Shown: positions 1-10,984 of the stretch, in pieces | How positions within the stretch are numbered: position 1 is the first letter of the stretch | Layout of the letters: every line of letters begins with the position of its first letter | From: Malacoraja senta | Taxonomy: Eukaryota | Assembly (NCBI GenBank): GCA_038087875.1 | Contig: CM075987.1 | Coordinates: forward strand, 20,958,001 to 21,022,000 | Length of the DNA: 64,000 nucleotides | Direction: 5' to 3' | The notes under the pieces: generated by a model | What the model was told of the DNA's origin: nothing | Databases searched by the model: none | What the model saw: only the letters and a program-made list of their open reading frames with translations | Translations under genes and position numbers: made by a program

Positions 1-804
1 ATTGTGCTTATCTATAGTATGATTTTACTAGATTGTTCACAAAGCAAAGAATTTCACTGTACCCGGGTACATAGGTGCTAATAAAATATCATCACCATCA
101 AAACAGAGCAAAGTACACCCACTGAAACTGTAATACCAGTGTTAACCACTGTGTGGCGCAACAAGCATGATTTCCCTCCTCCGACATGCTGTTGCTTTCC
201 ACAAGAATGGGCACAGCGATTGGTATGAGCGCTCTGAGCTCAGAGTACTGCTCATCCTGTATATGATTCCTCCCTCTCACTGTGACTTGTATGATGATTC
301 ACTGTCAATTATAGCATCCATTGACCTTGATCACTGTGCAAACAATGGCCACAATATGGCCACAATATCAGTCGCATGTCTTAGTTAAGGATGAGGTTTG
401 CATTAAAGGCCCATTGGAGCCATTTGCTTGGGTTAAAGAGTCAATGAAAAGCAAATAACCTTGAAATTAAACCTTGACCTATTCAGCAGCCAAATCTAGA
501 ATCATTATTTCATTCCTAGCAGAAAGAAAATCTATATCCTTTGCTTTACAGTTCAATTCAAACAGAGCATGAACTAGCCAGGACAACATGGGACTGCAGC
601 AGTTAGTGCTGCTGCCTCACAGCTCCAGTTCAATATTGAACTCAGTTGTTGTCTGTATTCTCCCAGTGAGAATGTGGGGTTCTACCTGGTGCTCTGGCTT
701 CCTCCTTTATCCAAACGATGATCTGGTAGGTTAATGGGCTCCTGTAAATTACCCCTTGGTGTTGATAAGGGACAAAATAATTTGACGGGGAAATCAAGGT
801 ATAA

Positions 805-1160
805 TCAAGGATCACTCATACCCTGGCCATTCCCTTTTCACCCCCTTCTAAAGTCAATATACAAAAGTTTGAAAGCATGTCCCACCAGATTCAAGACCAG
901 CTTCTTCCCCATCGATATCACACACTCCCATAAACTAATGATGTATTCACAATCTACAATCTACATCATTGCAGTCCTTGCATTTTTTTTAAAATCTGCA
1001 CCTTCACTGCAGCTGTTAAATTGTATTCTGCATTCTGTTTCCTGTTTAGTACGTGTCATACTAGCGTATGGTTTGTTTATACACACGTGGTATGATTTCC
1101 CTGGTCAGTACACAAAACAGAGTTTTTCACTGTATCTCGGTCCACGGACAATAATGAACC
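805..1160 (+). mobile_element. Degenerate Rex1/Babar 3' fragment
   Basis: PGHSLF...YKSLKACPTRFKTSFFP followed by a Rex1-type 3' UTR (TTTTCACTGTATCTCGGT...ACAATAA). Confidence 0.6.
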
Positions 1161-1590
1161 AATACCAACGTGAGAGGGAATACACAAGGCAACAAGTTGA
1201 ATCCAACGAGGGGAACCTGGACTGCTCCGTTTGAAGCAAAGCAAGGGCCAACCCTGCCTGTGTGTTGTGATGAGTAGATGAGTAACAGAGAGTATAGTAC
1301 AGGTGATCCCTTCATTACGGGAGTTTACGTTCCAAAAAGCCGTCTATAATCATAATCTTACATCATGTGAAATCACATCATCTGCGAACGAGTCAAGAAA
1401 AAAATGTATGTTTATTTTCACAAATTCTGAGAGGGAATTTTTGTTCTGTATCTTGATTTTTTTATTGTTACTTGTGAATTTGGATGTTTCCAATCCCAGA
1501 ATCCTGTAAAGGCGGGGGGATTGGGAAGAGTCACCTGCGAAGGTGTAACAGGGTGCAAGAACCCAGGCTGAACCCAGAGTCAGAACTTGC

Positions 1591-1676
1591 CTTTCCGCCA
1601 GAGTGCGGGATTCCCGAACCACCCTGGTCCAGTTCTGGGATTCATCGCCGGGAAAGCCACGAATCAGCACGGGCAC
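1591..1676 (-). CDS. LAMC3: LAMC3 exon 20 (coiled coil), ending at a GC donor
   Basis: 86 bp, AAGCAG|GTG ... [39 protein letters not shown](R), resembling the laminin-gamma segment 'W..LA.EAR.LA.(R/S)' that ends in phase 2. Confidence 0.75.
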
Positions 1677-4600
1677 CTGCTTAATCGGAAATAAATATTA
1701 TCACTGCCCTGTAAGGTTGTGTCTGCTACATCATTGCAAAGGCCCGTAAACTTGCCAGTCTGAACTCTTCAAGACTATTCATATTAACAACGCCACATTC
1801 TGCACTGGACATTTAACCAATGAAGGAGCACACGATACCGCGACCCAATGATTGAAGGGGGAATTATTAATTGCCTCTGATCACTGGTCAGTGCCGTGGT
1901 AACTAAAGAAGTGTCAAGGTAGGTGTCGCAGGATAGAACTGCGGAAAAGGCAAGTGGCCTCTTGTTGCTCACTGATCAGGTGGCCCAGGTTTGGGCGAAC
2001 GTGGGTGTGCAGGAAATGCAAGCTCACACTCAGACATAGGAGAGGGATGTGGTCAGTTGCCATGCCTCCTAGTGGTGAATATCCAGACTGTCACAAATAC
2101 AGCAGTCATTTGAACCCATTGCTGCTGTGTATGGGGATGAATTGGAATAGGTCAGGGAGAGAGAAATAAAATCCACTCTGGTTTTTAAAACCCTTGGCCA
2201 ATGTGAAAGAAAATCAGAGGGCAGCTTTGTGGATGAGCATAAAATGGTGGACGGCATGAAGGGAACAAACCGGCCAGTGTTTGGGCCAGCCACTCAGGAG
2301 TACCACCTTGTCCAGGGCTTCTCTGGCTGCTTGGAGCTCCCGGTGGCTGCTGCTGACGACATGGTGGCTGTCGGACACTAGGTGGCAGCGCTTCTCCTCG
2401 CTGCCCTCGCACTCCAAGGCTCGGCTGATGTTGGTCAGTTTCAGGCCAATCCTCTGCAGGGACATCGCCACCTCTCCCACCTGCTGCACAAAGAGCCTTT
2501 GTGGACCTGCGACAGACACAACAGTTCAGCAACAAACAGTCCAGAGCAGCTTCCCTCACCATGTCGATTTTTGCATTTGCACACAGCGCCTTTAACAAAT
2601 CGTGCCACTTTATGGCAACATAAATCAGACACAAGTTTGACACAGAGGACCATGAAGAGAAGGGTGTGACTGAAAGAGAGGAAGAGGAATTGCAGAAGTA
2701 ATGAGACAGGCAGTTGAAAGTGTGGAATGTGAAAGTCAAGATGTTCCAAGGCTGGATGTAGAGACCCTCATGGATGTGGTGACTGATGAATCAAACATTA
2801 GGGGCTGGTAATGTGCATTCCATCCAGCTCGGACAGATCTATATTGGAAGCTTTAAACACCCCAATATCAAAAGCGAAGCGATATCCATTAGGGATCATG
2901 AGCAAAACCTTTATAACAAGAGGAATCAAATAAAGAAGCAAAGAGGTCCTTCTGCAGTTGTACAGAGCCCTAGTGAGACCACACCTGGAGTATTGTGTGC
3001 AGTTTTGGTCCCCTAATTTGAGGAAGGACATTCTTGCTATTGAGGGAGTGCAGCGTAGGTTTACAAGGTTAATTCCCGGGATGGCGGGACTGTCATATGC
3101 TGAGAGAATGGAGCAGCTGGGCTTGTACACTCTGGACTTTAGAAGGATGAGAGGGCATCTCATTGAAACATATAAGATTGTTAAGGGCTTGGACACGCTA
3201 GAGGCAGGAAACATGTTCCCGATGTTGGGGGAGTCCCGAACCAGGGGCCACAGTTTAAGAATAAGGAGTAAACCATTTAGAACGGAGACGAGGAAACACT
3301 TTTTCTCACAGAGAGTGGCAAGTCTGTGGAATTCTCTGCCTCTGGAGGCAGGTTCTCTGGATGCTTTCAAGAGAGAGCTAAATAGGGCTCTTAAAAATAG
3401 CGGAGTCAGGGGATATGGGGAGAAGGCAGGAACGGGGTACTGATTGGGGATGATCAGCCATGATCACATTGAATGGCGGTGTTGCCTTGAAGGGCCGAAT
3501 GGCCTACTCTTGCACCTATTGTCTATTGTCAAAACACAAAGTGCTGGAGGAACTCAGCGGGTCAGGTCAGGCAGTATCAGTGGAGGGAATGGACAGGCAA
3601 TGTTTTGGACCGGGACCTTTCTTCAGACTCTGCAGTTTCTTGTGTCTCCATCAGGGGTCAGCTGGGCTCAGAGAGTTACTTATGTCAAGAGTTGTGGCTT
3701 CAACCCCACTCTGGGAACTTGATGTTCTGATGCTGCTTTTCAGATGACCGGGATCAGGCTTTAAGGTAATGCGACCATCTTAAGTGGATGCATTTCAAAG
3801 GCAAGCTGCCCCATGTCCTGGCCATTATTTATCCTAAATCAACACCAGAGTACCTGCTTGTTATCATATTGGTGTTTGTACCAGTTTCCTTTGTGCATCT
3901 AGTGACCATCTAATTTTGGCCACTTCAACAGAGGTTGGTTGTCAGGTCCTTGGAGCCTTCCCAAGATGGTGAACGATGTCAAGTACAATTTCCAAATATA
4001 ATAAACCAAAATCAAACTCATGAAATATTCCTTGGCTAACTTAGCTGTTTATTAGGAAGAAGGGACTCCACCTGAAACTTCACCCATTCCTTCTCTCCAG
4101 AGATGCTGCCTGTCCCGCTGAGTTACTCCAGCGTTTTGCGTCTTGCAAAGGAAGCTTTTCATGAATTATGCATTCACAGGACGTGTGCTTCACCAGCAGG
4201 AGCAGTATTTATTGCTGATCCTGATTGTTTTAGGGTGCCACTTTTGCACATCTGGTAAAGCCTGCTGCCTCACAGCACCAGAGACCCGGGTTCGATCCTG
4301 ACCTCGAGTGCTGTCTGTGTGGAGTTTGCACGTTCTCACTGTGGCTGCTAAGTTTTCTCCAGAAGCTCCGGTTGCCACCCTCATCCCAAAGACGTGCGGG
4401 TTTGTAGGATAATTGCCCCTGTAAAATTGCCTTGACTGTGTCGGGAGTGGATGAGAAAGTGGAATAACATGGAACTAGTGTGAACAGGTGATCGATGGTT
4501 GGCGTGGACGAGTTTGGCCAAAGGGCTCATTTCCATGTTGTATCAACATGCTTTACAAAATCCCTACTCGCCCATTTTCGCCGTCACTTTCTTGAACCTT

Positions 4601-7600
4601 GAATTTTTCTGATGAAATGCTGCAAGTATCAGTCCGGGAGCAAGACCCAGGGATGATGAAGGACCAGCAAAACAGTTCTAAGCCAGAATTGTGTTGGAGA
4701 AAAACCAGGTGAGGAACTGCAGTGGAGGCAAGCAACAGCATACTGATGGTGCAGCGAGTGGATGTTGCAACCAATGGATGAGTCTACCTTACCTCTCTTA
4801 TCACTCTTTTCCCTACTGCTCACTCACCCTCCTTTGACTGCACCTCCATGTCTTTGAGCGCTGACTGAAGGTGGTTGGTGTAAAGTTCATACAACTGCTC
4901 AGGGTGGCTGCTGAATTTGTCCAGTTCTTGCTTCAGCTCATTCATCCTCTGCTGCAGCCGCTCGACCTGGGGAGGGAAGGATTGTGAGTGCAAGGACCCT
5001 GGGCAAAAGTAAATTCCTGCCCCCTGTGGTCTGCTCAGGAAAATACTGTCAGGGTTGTCACCCAACAGCCACAGAGCAAACATCGTTCCAGAACAGAGCC
5101 AGGGATCCTGAATGGTGAATCTGTGGAATACATTGCCACAGAAGGGTGTGGAGGCCAAGTCAATGGATATTTTGAAGACAGATATAGATAGATTCTTGAT
5201 TAGTACGGGTGTCAGGGGTTGTTGGGAGAAGTCAGGAGAATGGGGTTGAGAGGGAAAGATAGCGAGGCCATGATTGAATGGGCTGTGATGGGCCGAATGG
5301 CCTAATTCTGGTACTGTCCCTTATGAACTGACAGGCTTCATCCTGTCAGGAAGACTGCAGTAAAGGCTGAATCCCTCTGGGATGCAGGATCTCCCTCCCT
5401 CTGCAGACTGTGGCCCCTGCCTCTGCCAAGTAACTAGATTGAGGTCACCCACCCCCCCAGCCATATCACCGGCACCTCCCTCCACCCGCCACCCGCCACC
5501 TTCTCAAACTCCACCCGTCTCTTCCATCACTCTACACTGCTCCACCCCAGCCACATCAACCCACGCTGCCACCTTCCAAAGCCCACCCCCTCCTTCTCTG
5601 TCCCCCCCCTTTGAGAAAGGGCACAACATGTGGGCCATAAAGCGGCAGAGACTGAGGCCAGGAGGGAGCTATAACATGTCAAGAGTATTTTTACGATTAA
5701 CATGCCACTGGACACGATGCCAGCACAGATCAGTGAATAAATCTTTTGGAGAGGGAAGCATAACTGGGAATGGTGGACAGCAGGACCTGGGCAGGTTGGT
5801 GAATTGAAGCTTATTACAGGTAAATAGAGGGATTTCAGCTGTGACTGTTGGAGTAGTTGAGTTGGTGGATAACCAGTGCATGGATGAGGGTTTCAATGGC
5901 GTAACAGCTAGGGCGGCACAGTGGCGCAGTGGTAGAGTTGTTGCCTTACAGCGCCAGAGACCCATGTTCGATCCCAACCACGGGTGCTGTCTGTACAGAG
6001 TTTGTACGTTCTCCCCGTGACCTGCGTGGGTTTGCCCCGGGATCTCCAGTTTCCTCCCACACTCGAAAGACGTACAGGTTTGTAGGTTAGTTGGCTTGGT
6101 ATAAATGCAAATTGTCCCCAGTGTGTATAGGATAGCGTTAAAGTGCGGGGATCATTGGTCAGGCCTCGGTGGGCCAAAGGACCTGTTTCCACGCCGTATA
6201 TCTTTAAACTTAAGGGCCTGTCCCACTTGGCCGTCATTTACGCGACAGGCCGGTAGTGACTGACGCGCGACGTTCGCGCGCGTTATCATGCGTCCTCACA
6301 GCCGTCTGGAGCGTGTGTCGTCATTTGAAGATAGACACAAAATGCAGGAGGAACTCATCGGGACCAGCAGCATCAGGTTCGGGTCGAGACTCTTCAGTCT
6401 GAAGAAGGGTCTCGACCCAAAACGTCACCCATTGCTTATCTCCAGAGATGCTGCCTCACCTGCTGAGTTACTCCTGCATTTTGTGTCTATCTCCAATTGT
6501 CTTGGCCCCGCTCTGGGAGTAGGAGAGGGGGCGGATCCGGATCCGCAACAGCCGAGCTCGGCGATCGCTGAGCCCCAGGCCGAGCTCGGCGATTGCTTGC
6601 CTGCTTCTGCTGCTGTTGGAGGTGAGACGTTGCGCCACGCCAGGGTGTCCCACTTGGCTGTCATTTACGTGAAGATTTCGTGCAGAACGAAATCCTGGAG
6701 CGCTGCGCGATACCGCGCACAACTCCCCACTCCTCCACGCCACTCCATGCGCCCGTCCCGCGCTACCCATACGCTACCCACACGCTACCAGGTCGCGTAA
6801 ATGGCGGCCAAGTGGGACAGGCCCTTAAATCTAAAACTCTGCTCGTCCCCTGTTGCCGATTGTGACTGTCCCAAGAATGTCCCAGACTTCCTCAAGCCAA
6901 AGCCCACTGCCCGGCTACGGGCATCCCCCAGGGTGCTGTGTGTTGCTACTACCTGCAGCTCGAGCAGGTTGAAAGCTTCTTACCTCATCCTGGACCAGGC
7001 CATAGCAGACAGGGCATTGCTGGCAGTGAAAGGAGGTGGCCTGATAGAAATAGTTCTGCTGGCATTGCTCACACTTCCATCCGGTGAAGCCCTCCTTACA
7101 GATGCAGGAGCCGTTCCCCCTGCACTGCATCACAGAGGAACCCAGCGGAGAACAGTCGCAGGCTGTGGGGCAGGAAACAAAGGAGCAACTTAGCAGTGGC
7201 AAGGATCCGGGCGTGCCTTACCATTTAACCACCATGCCCTGATTCCCCGACTCTGTCACAGTCACTTCCCCCGACCTGCTCCTCACACTCTCCTGTCCTC
7301 GCCAATCTTCCCGTTTCTCAACTGAATTACAGGAACGGCAACCAAAAAAATAGAACAATTACTAAAATTGTGAAATAATACACAGCAGGTCAGACAGCCC
7401 TGGTGGGAAGAGAGACATGGGTTGTGAGAGGCCATCCACCTGAAATGCAATCCTCGCTTCCCCTCTCCATCTTTGAGAAGCAGAAGTAGTCACCGCAGCC
7501 CAGTAAGGATAGCACCCGGCTCAGTCCATACACTGTTCTGTCCTCTGCCCCAACAGAGTTGTGAAGGCTTCTCTGCTGCTGGGCTTTGATGCAGCTTAAT

Positions 7601-10600
7601 CAGCCCATAGAACAGTGAACAGTACAGCACAGGAACAGGCCCTTCAGCCCACAATGTCCGTGCCGAACATTATGCCAAGTTACAATGATCGCCTCAGCTT
7701 GCACCATGATCCATGTCCTCCATTCCCTGCGATTCCCCCAGATTCCCCAATCCCGAACACTGCCGGTGAATCCCGCTGCATATGGTTTCAAGTCTGATGC
7801 ACCAACAGGGAAAAATCCCAGCTCCTCCATATTGGAACAAACCTGGAAGCAGTGGTGAAAGTAGCCAAGACATGGAGTGTACTCTGGATGGGGAACGTGA
7901 ATGGTTTGGCAGCATCCAGTGATGAAGGTAGCAGAGTGCTGAAGGAAAACCACCCAGGATGTTTCAGTAGCTGGTAGTGCACAAACCAGAATGAGGGATG
8001 TGATCACAGAGCCCTTAATGAGACAAAGCCCCATATTCACCAAAATGCTGAATGGAATAGATCTGGCAACTCAGTGAAAACTCCACCTTGCTGCAGTGAT
8101 GAGGACTGGCCACTTGACCACGTGAATCATGGAAAAGTAAACAAAATACTCAACATTACCGGCTGAAAAGAAAGGCAGGGTTCTCAGTACCTTGGCAACC
8201 TCGCTCGGAGAGGTCGAAGTAGCCCCGCTTGCATTGGTCGCACAGACTCCCCTGGACGCCAGGCCGGCAGTTACACTGTCCCGTCTCAGTGTGGCAGAAA
8301 CTGTCCCGCGATCCCATCACATGGCAGCCACATCTGGAACAACATTAGTGACTCTCAGGGACAGATGTGGGGCAGCATCAAGCAATTCACACGATCCACT
8401 CTGTTCACAAGTTATAGGAGTAGAATTAGGCCATTTCACCCATCGAGCCCACTCCGCCATTCAATCATGGATGATCTCCACCTCCTCATCCCATTTTCCT
8501 GCCTTCTCCCTAAAACCCTTGACACCCGTTCTAATCAAGAATCTGTCTATCTCTGACCCACTAGGCCAGGTGGGAGCCCTCTCTGAGTCTGATTGTTGGA
8601 TCATGGAAGAACAATGGAAGTGTGCGAAGAATACCCTTTAACCCACGCGCCCTTAGACCAGCTGAACACCCACCTTCTCCTGACCCTTTCCCCACAATCC
8701 ATACTTCTATGCTGCCTCTGTGGGCTTGCTCTCTGTGTCAGGCCCTCTGGACCAGAGGTCCCTCTAGCTATTTTGGAGGCTCCCATTGGGCAAACCATTA
8801 GCGCTCCCATGAAAGGTAATTTAACTGAAATGCAATCCTGGGTTCCCCTCTCCATCTGTGGGGAGCAGTAGTAGTCACCACAGTCTGCTTCTTTCAGAAA
8901 GAATAGTTCCCGGTTTAGTCCCTACTCTGATCCTAGGGAATTTGCTGTCCTCTAGCCAGTCAGATGTGTCTCTACTGCTGCGCTCTGAGGCAACTCACTC
9001 AGCCCACATTCCCCAATCCCCAACACTACTCAGCAAACCCTTTAGACTTTAGAGATACAGCGCAGAAACAGGCCCTTCGGCCCACCAAGTCCGTGTCGCC
9101 CAGCTATCACCCCCGTACACTAGCACTATCCTGCACACTAGGAACGATGCACAATTTTGATGAAGCATATAAACCTACAAACATGTACAGACAGCACCCG
9201 TAGCCAGGATCGAACCCTGCTGCATTGGTGGCGCAGTGGTACCTGCTGCATATGTTGCATCACACTTGAAATCGTATACAGCCGGTTTCACTCAGCAGTG
9301 TTGGGGATTGGGGGAACTACGAAAACCACTCTGATCAATCTCTTTCATTCTCTGATAAATCTCAATAATACTTTCAGCCTCTCAGATGTTTATAGGAGAT
9401 TGACTAACAGTCCTCTCAGTAGATTACCCGAGGCATCCCACGCCAGGCTGTAGATTATAGTAGCCCAGCTCACACCGGCCACAATCCCGACCGGTCACAT
9501 TGGGAAGGCATTCACATTGGCCACTTCCAGCATTGCAGGTCTGAAGCTCATTAGATGAACCAGCTGGATTGCAGTGACATGCTGTAGAGAAAATAACAAG
9601 ACTGAAGCCAAGTCCACTATCAGTAGTGATAAACCAGAGAAATAGAACATAAAACAATCCAGCACAGGAACAGATCCTTTGGCCCACAATATCCGCACGG
9701 ACTTCATGCACACTCCCTGAGTTTCTCCCAGGCACTCCAGTTCTAGTTTCTTCCCATATCCCCAAAATGTGTGGATTGGCAGGTTAATCCCCAGAGTAAA
9801 GGTGAATGATAGAATCCAGAAGAATTGGGAGAATAGGTTGAGGGGAAAATTAGTGGGGGAAGGAGATTGTATGTATGCTATTATGATGGGCCAAAATGTC
9901 CTATATTGTAAATAATTGCTGAATGGCAAGAATAGTGAAATTCACAGATCGGATTTGAAGGTATGAAAGGTCAGAGCAGGTTACAGGGCCAGACAAGGAT
10001 TTCACTGGGAATTCACCAAGGATTGAGTAGACCTAAGCCTGTGTTTATATGGAGTAATTTCTGGTGTGATCCAACACTTCCCATCTGTTCTGCCTCTATT
10101 CTCTCAAGTTATGGAGATGGAGATTGCAATGAAACATGAATGCTGCCTTGGTGGAGCATCAGAGCAAGGCATTGGCTGACTGGGACAGTTAAAACAGAGG
10201 ACTTTTGTCAGAAGGTTACGAATTGTTGGTATTCTCAAAGCTGGAAGGCTATGGTTTTCCATGAGGGAGTACGCTCATGATTGAATTTGAACGATTTTGC
10301 ACAAGAAGAGAATTGAAGGAAACTGAGATCAGATGGAGAACTGGGGCTGAATTAGATCAGATATTTTTTTTAAAGATTTGCAGATCAGGCGGGGTCCCAA
10401 ATGGCTCACATGGAAGTAATGGGCCAAATGGCCTATTTTCATGCTGTAAATTTCTATAATTTTCCTGCCTTCTCCATGTCACATTCCTACCTGCAACATG
10501 CAGTGTGGTGTTAAAGATTAACAAAAGTAGCGTACCTGTTAGTAAGGTTTGTATTATTAGGGATTGGTTTGTTTGTGTTATTCATGCTGGTAAACATGCA

Positions 10601-10951
10601 TTCACTAATGTCATATCCGCAAGACCCATCCAACACCATGCCGCTCTGCGACACACTCCTGTGCGAGCGGAACTTTCTAGTTCTTTGCAAACTCACGTCG
10701 GCACTTGTGTGGGTTGGCAGCCAACGCATTGCCATAGAAACCATCCTCACACCTGTCGCAGTAATGCCCGATTGTGTGGAACAAGCACTTCAGGCATTTC
10801 CCTGTCGAGTGATCACAGTTGCCCACCGCGTTGAGGTCGGTATTCCTGTTACAGAGGCACGGCCTACAGGGCCGGATGAACTCATTTTGTCCCAACGGAT
10901 CGCCAAAGAAACCATCATCACAAATTTCACAATGGTTCCCTGTGTGTGTGT

Positions 10952-10984
<33 letters not shown>

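Noticed and set aside
98..390. Possible LAMC3 exon 21 (minus strand RHATDIVAI...)
   Set aside because: An in-frame stop follows within about 16 codons, the acceptor is poor, and there is no convincing coiled-coil homology. Exon 21 probably lies outside the window.
2281..2749. Overlapping ORFs antisense or out of frame to exon 19 (similar cases over exons 8, 13, 14 and 17)
   Set aside because: Shadow ORFs of GC-richer coding exons, with no independent evidence.
5911..5985. tRNA-like sequences with A/B boxes
   Set aside because: They are SINE heads followed by a V-domain and LINE-like tail, with no complete cloverleaf.
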